DNA of 32,000 bases, from assembly GCF_000012285.1 (NCBI RefSeq), contig NC_007181.1, positions 1,560,001 through 1,592,000 of the forward strand, written 5' to 3'. The translations under genes were made by a program, and so were the position numbers. The stretch's first letter is position 1. Every line of letters starts with the position of its first letter. The stretch is from Sulfolobus acidocaldarius DSM 639 (GTDB lineage: Archaea > Thermoproteota > Thermoprotei_A > Sulfolobales > Sulfolobaceae). The notes beneath the pieces are model-generated. The model did no database searches. It saw only the letters and a program-made list of their open reading frames with translations, and was not told where the DNA came from. Shown here piece after piece: positions 1-8,284 of this stretch.

Positions 1-497
1 TTATAATTGAGGCAAATACTCTACTCTTAAAACTGAAATGAACCTTTTCTCAAGAGGATAAATTCTCTAAATTCATAAATAATTTTTCCCATCTTTCAAT
101 GTCTAATAGGAATTTCTAAATATTTCATCTGAGACTACCTAACATCATAATCTGATTTTATATACCTCTCTGGAATCAGACTCTCTCGTCTTAGTAAGTT
201 AAAATATTGTTATAAAATATGGAGCTAGTCACTCTCATTCCTAAAAATACCTAAAAAGGTTTAGCTTAACAGAGGTTGATTAATCATTTGTACCTAATGT
301 TCACACAGTTACTCTTTCACAACAATACTAAGGGTAATGTCATAATATCTATTATCCTATATATTTCTGCTTGTACAAAGGTATATTTTAGTTTAGATAT
401 AGTAATATATTTAGTATCAGCTAAAAATATATGATATTTCAATTTTTTATCCTTGTCTATTTAAATATGTAAAAAACAATAATAGGTTTGAACACAA

Positions 498-1211
498 ATG
501 AATCTAAACATTAAAACCGTAGCAATGATATCCGTAGCAGCTCTACTATTATCAATGCTAGTATACCAAGCTTTTGTAGCAGGATTCGTAGTGAGCAATT
601 CCGTGACAGGTAGTGTAGTTAGGATAAACTCAGAGAACGCTCTTCTTCAGATAGATCCATTAGAATTTTCCTTAATCTCTAACAATGGTGGATTATCAAT
701 ACAATTACCAGCCATAGGTCCAGGTACAGCTGACTATGCAGCTTTCCTTTATGACTCACATTCCAATGTTGTAGCTAGCTATTCAGCAGCATATCTATTT
801 GCAATAGTTGAGGTAGAGTTTAACTACCCAGGTAATAATAATCAAGTGATCAATGTAGCAGCGTCCTTAGAACATGTGACTAATAACACTCCTATCCAGA
901 TCCTAGTACTAGGAACCCATGGTTCTACAATGGACCCCATAACCTCATTCCCTAACAATTCAATATCTGTTGATCCTACGAACACTCCAGGAACAGTCAT
1001 GATAAATGGTCTTCAATTTACAGTTTTAGGAAGTTATGGTTTACCATCTTCAGTGTCTTCTGCTATAGGTAGTACAACTGCAACAATAGGCTCTGGTAGT
1101 AGTAATGGAGAAGTAGTATACGTGTTAATATTATTACCATCCTACGGAACTGTACCAGCCTCAGGCTCTAGTTTTTCAGCTGCACTAAACTTCTACGGAT
1201 ATCAGAGTTAA
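498..1211 (+). CDS. Secreted beta-rich Ser/Thr/Asn/Gly-rich protein; candidate major subunit of a TasA/thread-like extracellular filament
   Basis: ATG ORF of 237 aa. A TATA-like box (ctatttaaatat, 457-468) lies about 35 nt upstream. N-terminal signal peptide KTVAMISVAALLLSMLVYQA|FVAGF. The mature part is low-complexity and beta-prone with several N-x-S/T sequons. It is the first gene of a same-strand cluster that contains a dedicated signal peptidase. The function is inferred from context and the signal-peptide motif only. Confidence 0.5.
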   Translation: MNLNIKTVAMISVAALLLSMLVYQAFVAGFVVSNSVTGSVVRINSENALLQIDPLEFSLISNNGGLSIQLPAIGPGTADYAAFLYDSHSNVVASYSAAYLFAIVEVEFNYPGNNNQVINVAASLEHVTNNTPIQILVLGTHGSTMDPITSFPNNSISVDPTNTPGTVMINGLQFTVLGSYGLPSSVSSAIGSTTATIGSGSSNGEVVYVLILLPSYGTVPASGSSFSAALNFYGYQS

Positions 1212-1250
1212 ACAGGTGAATAAGAGGGATGTAAATATAAATTAAAGGGG

Positions 1251-1256
1251 TTTTTT
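1251..1256 (+). terminator. Oligo-T run (T6) between the putative subunit gene and the peptidase gene; possible partial terminator
   Basis: The sequence aaaggggTTTTTTaATG sits directly upstream of the 1258 start. Archaeal termination uses oligo-T tracts. The position after a putative major-subunit gene fits an attenuating terminator, but this is untested. Confidence 0.25.
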
Positions 1257-1257
1257 A

Positions 1258-2364
1258 ATGTCTCCAAATATAATTTTTTCGTTTTATTCATTAAAAGTAT
1301 TAAAGATCATAGGAAAGGTATTCGCTTTAATTGTTCTTATCTTCTCGATATTTCTCACCTTTACCAATTTAATGGGTAGACCGACTTTCGTAGCAATTAC
1401 TTACGGTTACAGCATGTTTCCTTACCTAAAACCTGGAGACGTTGCCATAACAATTCCCGAACCAGTAGCAGGAAAAATAACCAATGGCTCAATAGTCGTA
1501 ATAAAAGACCCAGATTACGGTGTACTACCAGGTTATCCACCGTATATAATACACCAGGTAATTAACGTATTACCAAATGGGTCCTTCGTAACTAAGGGAA
1601 TTAATGATAACTTCGTGGATCAGATCTACATGCCTCCTGTAACAGTTTCCAACATATACGCCAAACTCCTAGTCATAAATAATAATCCTGTGGTAATACC
1701 ATACTTAGGGGAAATACTCAACAGCGCTAGGCTCAACTTAATTCCCTCTGTAGGGATGTTGGCGTTATTGGGAATTTCCTTTGCTGTCTTAGACAGGAGG
1801 AACAATAAAAGTAAAAAGAGGAGAAAAATAAACAACAGTGAATATGTTAACCTGAAAATTGTCGTGTTTTTCTTGTCCATCTTTGTGTTTTCCGTCTTCG
1901 TGATCATGGCTAGCGCACAGACCTCTAACACTACAGTAGTTTACTTGGTGTCCAGAACGCCAGGATATTTATACGGGGGAACACTCCAGTCCTCTTCAGT
2001 AAATCTGGGTGTACTATTGTATAATCAAACGAAGTCTTATGTATTTAATATAACAAACAGACTAGAAATCCCTGAAATAGTTACAGTAAACCTGCAGGGA
2101 GATGGAAATGAAAGTTATAATGTTACTCCATCACACTCATTTATCCTATATCCAGGTCAAGAAAAGAGCATCAACTTAACCGTAAAAAGCGTGGGAAACC
2201 AGGGATTGCATGAGTTATTGGTGGAGGCATTTGTGATACCGACGTTATTTCCCTTATCGCTAAACGTGGTTAGCCCAATATTATCTCTTTTTCTATACTC
2301 AATACTTAATACCTTTCTTGTGTTAATTGTAATATCGTTGTTAATTTCTAGGGTGAGAGTGTGA
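1258..2364 (+). CDS. Signal peptidase I, Sec11/SipW (S26B) type, with a long C-terminal membrane/extracellular extension
   Basis: 368 aa. N-terminal TM helix, then the S26 boxes: YGYSMFPYLKPGD (catalytic Ser52), YIIHQV (His99) and TKGINDNFVD (the GDNN..D-like box). Residues about 160-368 add a basic stretch (NNKSKKRRK), TM helices and a sequon-rich beta domain (NTT, NQT, NIT, NES, NVT, NLT). Confidence 0.8.
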   Translation: MSPNIIFSFYSLKVLKIIGKVFALIVLIFSIFLTFTNLMGRPTFVAITYGYSMFPYLKPGDVAITIPEPVAGKITNGSIVVIKDPDYGVLPGYPPYIIHQVINVLPNGSFVTKGINDNFVDQIYMPPVTVSNIYAKLLVINNNPVVIPYLGEILNSARLNLIPSVGMLALLGISFAVLDRRNNKSKKRRKINNSEYVNLKIVVFFLSIFVFSVFVIMASAQTSNTTVVYLVSRTPGYLYGGTLQSSSVNLGVLLYNQTKSYVFNITNRLEIPEIVTVNLQGDGNESYNVTPSHSFILYPGQEKSINLTVKSVGNQGLHELLVEAFVIPTLFPLSLNVVSPILSLFLYSILNTFLVLIVISLLISRVRV

Positions 2365-2771
2365 TAAAAATAGTCCTGGTAACTACTGTAATATTACTCA
2401 TAATCTCATTAACGTATCTGAGCTCCTTTGTCCCAGCCTTTGACATATCAAATTCCGATAACATTAACATTATATCGAATCTGGTCTATACGTCAGTCGT
2501 TAAAGTAAATAATATGAGCTTTGTGGAAGTGATGATCAATACCAGTTATTTGCAGTTAATTAATGAAATTGAAATAATAATACCAGGTAACGTATACCAT
2601 CTATCTACAATTGGTAAATCATTTAGTAATGGGAGTTCGATAAATATCATAATCACTCCTCCCATATATAGTTCGAATTTGGTGGAATTTTACACAAATT
2701 CGAATCGTGTCGTAAATATTCAAGTTATAATATACTACTCACAAGGAGATGTTGGAATATTAAGTTTATAA
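2361..2771 (+). CDS. Small signal-anchored secreted protein (possible minor filament subunit)
   Basis: 136 aa. The GTG start overlaps the upstream stop (GTGA). The N-terminal h-region IVLVTTVILLIISLTYL is followed by VPAFDISNSDN, an A-F-x-D type motif like SipW-cognate signal peptides. The rest is beta-prone. Confidence 0.55.
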   Translation: MIKIVLVTTVILLIISLTYLSSFVPAFDISNSDNINIISNLVYTSVVKVNNMSFVEVMINTSYLQLINEIEIIIPGNVYHLSTIGKSFSNGSSINIIITPPIYSSNLVEFYTNSNRVVNIQVIIYYSQGDVGILSL

Positions 2772-2797
2772 TTCTTTTAAAAATAAGTTTAGTAATA

Positions 2798-3679
2798 GTG
2801 TTACTAGGCTGTGCATCTGCATTAATATACTTGGGAATTCTATCTAACTCGACGGTTTATTTTCCTCAAAGAGTTGGAGTAGGTTCCTATCTAGCTAACA
2901 CTAAATATCAAACAACATTTTATATAAACGATTCTATACTTTTTAACAATAAGACTGAAATTAACACTAATAGTATGTTTAGTTCGTTGACAAAAAGCCT
3001 TGTAGTTAATGGTTATTTTTACACTACAGCAAACTCTTATACAGGGAATTTCACAGTAAATGAGACTATAGTTACCCCGTTATGGTCTAAACCATTAGGG
3101 ACTATATACAGAGGAAATCTCACTTCGCACTTCTTTTCATTTACTCCCAATTTCACTTACGCACAGAGCTTATTCTACCAGATAGATAAACAGTTGAGGA
3201 TTCCTATAAATTACTACTCTATACGTTTAAACATAAGTGTAAATGCTGTAATTATGTACCCATCAGGTAACGTTCCATTAAACTTTAGAGATTCATTGAC
3301 CATACAGAACGGTACGTATAATATCTCCGTTAATTACAATAATGATTCATTTGCATCAGGTAGTTTTTACAAGGAAATTTCAGTTGAGGAAGAAACAGGC
3401 TATAATTACTCGTATTTCTATGGCGCAGCGTTTCTGGTAATAATTGCCCTCTCAATATTATTTATCAGGATGTCGTTAAATATACAGAATGTAATAAATA
3501 AGAACTCAATTAGTGGTTCAAAACCACCTATGAATGCATCAGTGATAGAAATAAGAAAGGCTGAAGATTTCCTGAAACTTATTAAACAGTACAACGAGAA
3601 GGCTGTAAAATGCGATAATGATTACTATATTACTCATGACAACATAGTATATCTTTATCATGGAGAAAATAAAGTATAA
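2798..3679 (+). CDS. Heavily sequon-decorated extracellular protein with a C-terminal TM anchor and a cytoplasmic tail of about 70 aa
   Basis: 293 aa from the first canonical start (GTG 2798). At least 12 N-x-S/T sequons. C-terminal TM helix YGAAFLVIIALSILFI followed by a charged tail. The start is uncertain; see the finding for 2672-2800. Confidence 0.55.
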   Translation: MLLGCASALIYLGILSNSTVYFPQRVGVGSYLANTKYQTTFYINDSILFNNKTEINTNSMFSSLTKSLVVNGYFYTTANSYTGNFTVNETIVTPLWSKPLGTIYRGNLTSHFFSFTPNFTYAQSLFYQIDKQLRIPINYYSIRLNISVNAVIMYPSGNVPLNFRDSLTIQNGTYNISVNYNNDSFASGSFYKEISVEEETGYNYSYFYGAAFLVIIALSILFIRMSLNIQNVINKNSISGSKPPMNASVIEIRKAEDFLKLIKQYNEKAVKCDNDYYITHDNIVYLYHGENKV

Positions 3680-3684
3680 ATCAA

Positions 3685-3700
3685 GAGAAAAATTTTTTCT
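3685..3700 (+). terminator. Palindromic A7/T7 element with a T6 run directly after the cluster's last stop codon
   Basis: The sequence agaaaaattttttct (T-run at 3693-3698) begins 6 nt after the stop at 3679. It is followed by a 185-bp AT-rich gap. Confidence 0.35.
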
Positions 3701-3884
3701 AAATTATTTTATATTCTATTTGTATTTAAATCTTTTTCAATACAACCGTCATGTAGATGAGATAGTATATAAGCTATATAATTAGTCAGTTAATAGATTG
3801 GAAAATCAAGTGCCATTAAATTAAATGTTATACAAAACTTTATTATGTTAGACGACGAGAATATAGGGATAAAGAGATGTCAGT

Positions 3885-4205
3885 ATGCGGAGAAAGAAAA
3901 GGAGTTCAATACAAATAGTTATCAGCATATTAGAAGGGTGTAGATCTGGTGTCAAAAAGACAAAGTTGTTATATGTTACTAATTTGAGTTCTCGCCCATT
4001 TTACAAATATATGAAGGTACTAGAGGAGAGTGGTCTTATCTATTTTGAACCGAGTACCAGAGAATACATCTTAGCTCCGAAGGGGAGAAATGTGTTAGAA
4101 AAATCCAAAAGATACCTAGAGTTGTTGGAACAGTTAGATAAGATTAGACCAGATATTACTGACCTCATAGATAGAGTAAAGGAAGATAAAAGGAAGGGGA
4201 AATAA
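3885..4205 (+). CDS. Small winged-helix DNA-binding protein (archaeal COG3432-like wHTH regulator)
   Basis: 106 aa. Basic N-terminus. The pattern IQIVISILEGCRSGVKKTKLLYVTNLSSRPFYKYMKVLEESGLIYFE is typical of helix-turn-helix plus wing. The C-terminus is a coiled-coil tail. Confidence 0.6.
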   Translation: MRRKKRSSIQIVISILEGCRSGVKKTKLLYVTNLSSRPFYKYMKVLEESGLIYFEPSTREYILAPKGRNVLEKSKRYLELLEQLDKIRPDITDLIDRVKEDKRKGK

Positions 4206-4267
4206 ATAGAGGATGATGGACTTTTCAGCTAGGTGTAGTCCTAATTGTATCGTACATATTAGCGCTA

Positions 4268-4777
4268 TTGGCATATTGCTTCTTTAGGCTATCAATGAAA
4301 AAATATATGGAAGAAATAGAGAAAAGAGAAAGCGAAGCAATGATAAAAAGAACTTTAGATTTTCTTATATCCTTGTCTAAACTAATGAGTAATAGCGAGG
4401 TCAACGACCTATTAGAGGAGATTTTAACTTACATAACTAGTCTAAAGGGAAGGCAGTGGAAAGAGATATACGAGACAACCATAAAAAGGCTGGATCCTAT
4501 AAAAAGGGAATTAGACGACATAAGGCAAAAGGTTAACAATATTAAAGAGGTAGAAAATGCTTCAAGAAGGGCTAAATTATGTTACACAGCTCTTAATTAT
4601 TCTATGATTACTTTGATCTTAACATTCACAATTTCCATTTTATTTTACACAATCTTCATGGATTACATATACTCTTTCTTATTCCTAGAAATTGTTGAAA
4701 CAATTATAATATTCCTAGAGATATTATACCTTTACAAGACGTATAAAAAAATAGATATAAATATGTTTATTGAATAG
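4268..4777 (+). CDS. Coiled-coil protein with two C-terminal TM helices, function unknown
   Basis: The ORF track starts at TTG 4268. ATG 4295 (MKKYMEEIEK) is the more likely start. The N-terminal ~100 aa are helical and charged. The C-terminus has hydrophobic helices ITLILTFTISILFYTIF and FLFLEIVETIIIFLEILYLY. Confidence 0.55.
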   Translation: MAYCFFRLSMKKYMEEIEKRESEAMIKRTLDFLISLSKLMSNSEVNDLLEEILTYITSLKGRQWKEIYETTIKRLDPIKRELDDIRQKVNNIKEVENASRRAKLCYTALNYSMITLILTFTISILFYTIFMDYIYSFLFLEIVETIIIFLEILYLYKTYKKIDINMFIE

Positions 4778-4897
4778 AGAATCTTTCGACAGAGATGCTT
4801 CTAACTCTAATAAATATATTCAAAGGAGTACTAGAACTCAATAGCGTTAACAATAACTTTAAATATTTTTAGGGTATCCCAAATAATAGGAGTAAAA

Positions 4898-5779
4898 ATG
4901 TTTAGCCTAAATACGTTGTTAAACCCACCAGATAATCTTTCCGTCGGAGAAATAATACTCATATCCTTAATACTAGGAATGTTACACGGTGTTACGCCAG
5001 ACGAACATACATGGCCTATAACATTTAGTTACGCTATAGGTAAATACAGCACTAAGGGAGGAATGAAGGCAGGTTTCCTCTTCTCATTAGGCTTTACGAT
5101 TCAGAGGGCATTTCTAACTACTATAGGATTCCTAGGGTTAGCCGCAATATACAATCAGTACAATTTGGACGGTCCAGTATATGCAGTTGTAGGTATTGTA
5201 ATGGCTATTGCCGGTTCGTATATACTGAAGGGAAAATATATACACTTACCCATTGACGCTCTATTCAAGAGTAAGCAACACACAGAAGAAGCAGGTAAGG
5301 TAAAGGATATCCCAATTAAGATGACAATAGTGCACGGTCTGGTTGCAGGCTTCGGGTTCGGTGCATATGCAACTATAATTACCTTCGTATTAGCTCCCCA
5401 GTTACCTTCAGTGGTATATGCACCATTACCTGGACTGTTCTTTGGTTTAGGTACAATGGTGATGCAGATAATATTTGGTATGATATTTGGTAACATATTG
5501 CGACTGAAGAAAATGACTGAAGAACAGTTATCGTTTATTGCTAGAAAGACCGCTGGAAGAGTCCTATATTATGGAGGCTTAGTATTTCTTATAGTCGGTC
5601 TCTTAATAATTGTTTTGCCTGCTATTGATAATTTCGCTATATCTACAGGTAATCCAATACCTAACCTTGATGCAATAAATATAGGATTTTTACTTGTGAT
5701 ATCCGTTGTTGGAGTAATAGGAATTAGTAGCATCCTCTATGGGTTTAGAGAGGCTAAGAGGTTAGCTAAACATATATAA
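4898..5779 (+). CDS. Polytopic membrane protein; possible NicO/RcnA-like metal-ion transporter (weak)
   Basis: 293 aa with about 8 TM helices. The ATG is preceded by an aggag. His-containing TM motifs LHGVTPDEHTWP and IVHGLVAGFGFG resemble NicO-type H..P..H signatures. The family assignment is tentative. Confidence 0.45.
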   Translation: MFSLNTLLNPPDNLSVGEIILISLILGMLHGVTPDEHTWPITFSYAIGKYSTKGGMKAGFLFSLGFTIQRAFLTTIGFLGLAAIYNQYNLDGPVYAVVGIVMAIAGSYILKGKYIHLPIDALFKSKQHTEEAGKVKDIPIKMTIVHGLVAGFGFGAYATIITFVLAPQLPSVVYAPLPGLFFGLGTMVMQIIFGMIFGNILRLKKMTEEQLSFIARKTAGRVLYYGGLVFLIVGLLIIVLPAIDNFAISTGNPIPNLDAINIGFLLVISVVGVIGISSILYGFREAKRLAKHI

Positions 5780-5906
5780 TAAAACGTAAAAAAGTGGACA
5801 ATTTAGTTTTAGAATATAAATTATCTAGCGCCAATTTTATTAGAACCTCATCTTTTTAATCTAGACTAAACCACAAAACAAGTTAATCATTTTTATCGAG
5901 ATGACC

Positions 5907-5987
5907 AAATTTTCATGGAAAAGTTTTCAGTAATTGAAAATATGAAGATCTGACGATATTTTTGCAAAAATTTTCATGGAAAAGTTT
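5907..5987. repeat. Two perfect 20-bp direct repeats (aaattttcatggaaaagttt) at 5907-5926 and 5968-5987, upstream of the ABC-2 operon
   Basis: Read directly from the sequence. Each copy contains the inverted core TTTTC-atg-GAAAA. Copy 2 abuts the TATA-like tgtataaatt (5991-6000) of the gene starting at 6017. The copies are 61 bp apart. Confidence 0.6.
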
Positions 5988-6016
5988 AATTGTATAAATT
6001 GTCCATTCATTAATTA

Positions 6017-6946
6017 ATGATAGAAGTAATGAATATATCGAAATCATTCAAGTTTAAGGGCAGAGTAATTAATGCTTTGGACAACGTGAGTTTTAAAATC
6101 GAAAACAAGAGTATTGGAGCATTGGTAGGACCTAATGGGGCTGGTAAAACTACCCTAATTAAGATACTCTCTACCCTTATAATACCTTCCAGTGGAGATG
6201 CACTGGTAAATGGATATAGTGTAGTAAAGGAGGAGAAAAAAGTTAGAGAATCTATTGGCTTGATGACGGTCAGTGAGAGGCTCTTCTATTATAGGCTGAC
6301 CGCCCTAGAGAACTTGATCTTTTTCGCCAGCCTACAAAACCTATCATTATCAGACGCCAGACGAAGGGCAATGGAAATGTTAGAGTTAGTTGGTCTTTCT
6401 GAGTGGGCTAATTTACCCTATATGAAATTTAGTACAGGGATGCAGAGAAAATTGGCTCTAGCCAGAGCTTTGATAACCGACCCTCCTGTGTTATTACTTG
6501 ACGAGCCAACATTAGGGCTCGACCCGTTATCAGCTAGGATGTTTAGAGACCTAGTGAGAAGGATAGGAAAAGAAAAGACAATCCTGTTAACCTCTCATTA
6601 TATGAAAGATATAGAGGAACTATCTGAGAAGACAATACTCCTAAAGAAGGGTAAAGTGTTAGTAGAGGGAGATAGGGAATCTTTAAAGAGTTATATAGGA
6701 AAGGTGTGTGAGGTTGAGGTAAATGAATATCCCTCCTCTTTAGGGAAATACATTATAGAGACCGGGAGTAATTACTACATTTTAAGGGTACCGGAAAGGG
6801 AATTGGAGGAATTAAGGGACTACAGAGTGATTAAGGAGGAAGAACCTTCATTAGAGGACGTCTATGTTTATTTAATAGGCGATGTGGAGGACTCGGCTAG
6901 ATTTGAGGCTGTCAAGAGAGGGGGGAGGTGGAGAGGATGGGAATAA
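6017..6946 (+). CDS. ABC transporter ATP-binding protein (ABC-2/DrrA-like exporter type)
   Basis: 309 aa. Walker [10 protein letters not shown], signature [15 protein letters not shown], Walker [13 protein letters not shown]-loop TSHYM. Confidence 0.9.
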   Translation: MIEVMNISKSFKFKGRVINALDNVSFKIENKSIGALVGPNGAGKTTLIKILSTLIIPSSGDALVNGYSVVKEEKKVRESIGLMTVSERLFYYRLTALENLIFFASLQNLSLSDARRRAMEMLELVGLSEWANLPYMKFSTGMQRKLALARALITDPPVLLLDEPTLGLDPLSARMFRDLVRRIGKEKTILLTSHYMKDIEELSEKTILLKKGKVLVEGDRESLKSYIGKVCEVEVNEYPSSLGKYIIETGSNYYILRVPERELEELRDYRVIKEEEPSLEDVYVYLIGDVEDSARFEAVKRGGRWRGWE

Positions 6947-7740
6947 GTGGAAAAATATACTCTTTTCTATATTTGAGGGGTTTCAAGGTTTGGGTATCTT
7001 ATAGGACTCAAACGATTTTGACAGTCCTAGGGTGGGTCTTACCAGTCTTCACATATTACTTCGTTGGTACGTCCTTAGGAAACACGTTAGTCGCTGAGAT
7101 TGGAGTAAAGAATTATGTAGCCTTCTTTACTATAGGATTGGCTTTCCAAGGTTATGTATCCTCCGTTATATCTACCATAAGCCAAAGACTTAGAAATGAA
7201 CAGTTATACGGGACAATTGAGTATTATGTTATATCGAGAACCGGTACCTTAGGATTTTTACTTTACTCTGCGTTATGGGGATTATTATTGAACACTGTGA
7301 ATGCTGTAGTTATCTTAACAATAGGATATGCCTTGGGAGCGAACTACCATATAAACATCATAAGCACAATCACCATACTATTCCTGCTAATAATTTCAAC
7401 ACTTGGGATCGGAATGATTGCAGGAGCAGTGACAATGATAACAAAACAAGGAAATCCAATATCATTATTCTTTAACACATTCACCAACTTGCTAGGTGGG
7501 ACTGTTTTTCCTATAACAGCTCTACCGATCGTGGTCAGGTACATCAGTTACGGTATACCTCTTACATGGGCTCTAGAGGGGTTAAGAGGTAGTATGTTAC
7601 AGAACACACCGATAACTAGCATGTTAAACATCGTGGAGATACTTCTAATATTTGACGTTATCGTTGTTCCATTAGGCGTACTATCCTATAATTATGCTTT
7701 TAGGAAAGCTAGGGAAAAAGGGAGTTTAAGTGAGTATTAA
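6928..7740 (+). CDS. ABC-2 type transporter permease
   Basis: 270 aa with 6 TM helices. It overlaps the ATPase gene. The in-frame ATG at 6937 is preceded by the SD-like gaggtggagagg, so it may be the real start. Confidence 0.8.
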   Translation: MERMGISGKIYSFLYLRGFKVWVSYRTQTILTVLGWVLPVFTYYFVGTSLGNTLVAEIGVKNYVAFFTIGLAFQGYVSSVISTISQRLRNEQLYGTIEYYVISRTGTLGFLLYSALWGLLLNTVNAVVILTIGYALGANYHINIISTITILFLLIISTLGIGMIAGAVTMITKQGNPISLFFNTFTNLLGGTVFPITALPIVVRYISYGIPLTWALEGLRGSMLQNTPITSMLNIVEILLIFDVIVVPLGVLSYNYAFRKAREKGSLSEY

Positions 7741-7822
7741 AGATACCTATGTAAATTTAGAGGAAGGATGAAGAATAAGATAGAGAAGAAATAAAAATAA
7801 CATTTATGTTTATTCTAAGGGC

Positions 7823-8215
7823 TCAGGACGAATTTACTATATCGTCTAATTTCTTAAGTAATTCATTTTCCACGTGCGAATTCCACAACATTTCAGGAAC
7901 GTCAACTACCAGGAAGAGCTCCGAGAGAAGTAATGTCTCTATCGCAGTGACTGCTAGATTCTGTATCCATTTACCAACTCCAACTGTTACCTTCATACCC
8001 TCTGGTACTTTCTCCATCACAAAAGTTAAAGCACGGTCTGCCGCAACAATGTCCCTGAGTATTCCTCCTTTTTGAGCCTGAATTACAACTTTATTTCCCT
8101 CAACTCTTGATTGGACTTTCCATTTATCAGATGTAAGATAATCTGAAAATTTGGTTGCTACTTTTTGGATATCAATATTTCCTTTATAGATTTTCTCCTT
8201 TTTAAATAATCCCAT
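7823..8215 (-). CDS. Hypothetical protein (130 aa) downstream of the membrane polyferredoxin
   Basis: ATG ORF on the same strand, 69 bp after the 641-aa gene. The N-terminal half looks soluble. There is a hydrophobic or amphipathic segment, WIQNLAVTAIETLLLSELFLVV. I recognise no family. Confidence 0.5.
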   Translation of the reverse strand: MGLFKKEKIYKGNIDIQKVATKFSDYLTSDKWKVQSRVEGNKVVIQAQKGGILRDIVAADRALTFVMEKVPEGMKVTVGVGKWIQNLAVTAIETLLLSELFLVVDVPEMLWNSHVENELLKKLDDIVNSS

Positions 8216-8284
8216 GTTTATCTACTTATATTTGACCGTATATATTAAAAAACTTTTCCAAATAAGAAAAAACATGTGTAAAAT

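Noticed and set aside
1626-1931. Antisense and shadow ORFs from the track: 1626-1931, 5155-5496, 7275-7475, 7344-7544, 7806-8075, 8346-8546, 10675-10875, 12433-12639, 13369-13557, 13438-13656, 13711-13926, 14077-14271, 14907-15128, 15958-16239, 17336-17539, 18404-19109, 19293-19478, 20782-21138, 21205-21414, 23331-23531, 24132-24380, 26765-26965, 27029-27217, 29077-29370, 29854-30039, 30399-30605 and 30935-31219
   Set aside because: All lie inside or opposite longer ORFs that carry clear family motifs. Their translations are low-complexity or Ser/Leu/Phe-rich with no motifs, which is typical of frame shadows in AT-rich DNA.
3851-3861. Shared 11-mers between intergenic regions: gacgacgagaa at 3851 and 24363; atctgacgata at about 5947 and about 24375
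   Set aside because: In 32 kb about 100 chance 11-mer matches are expected. The flanks do not extend the similarity.
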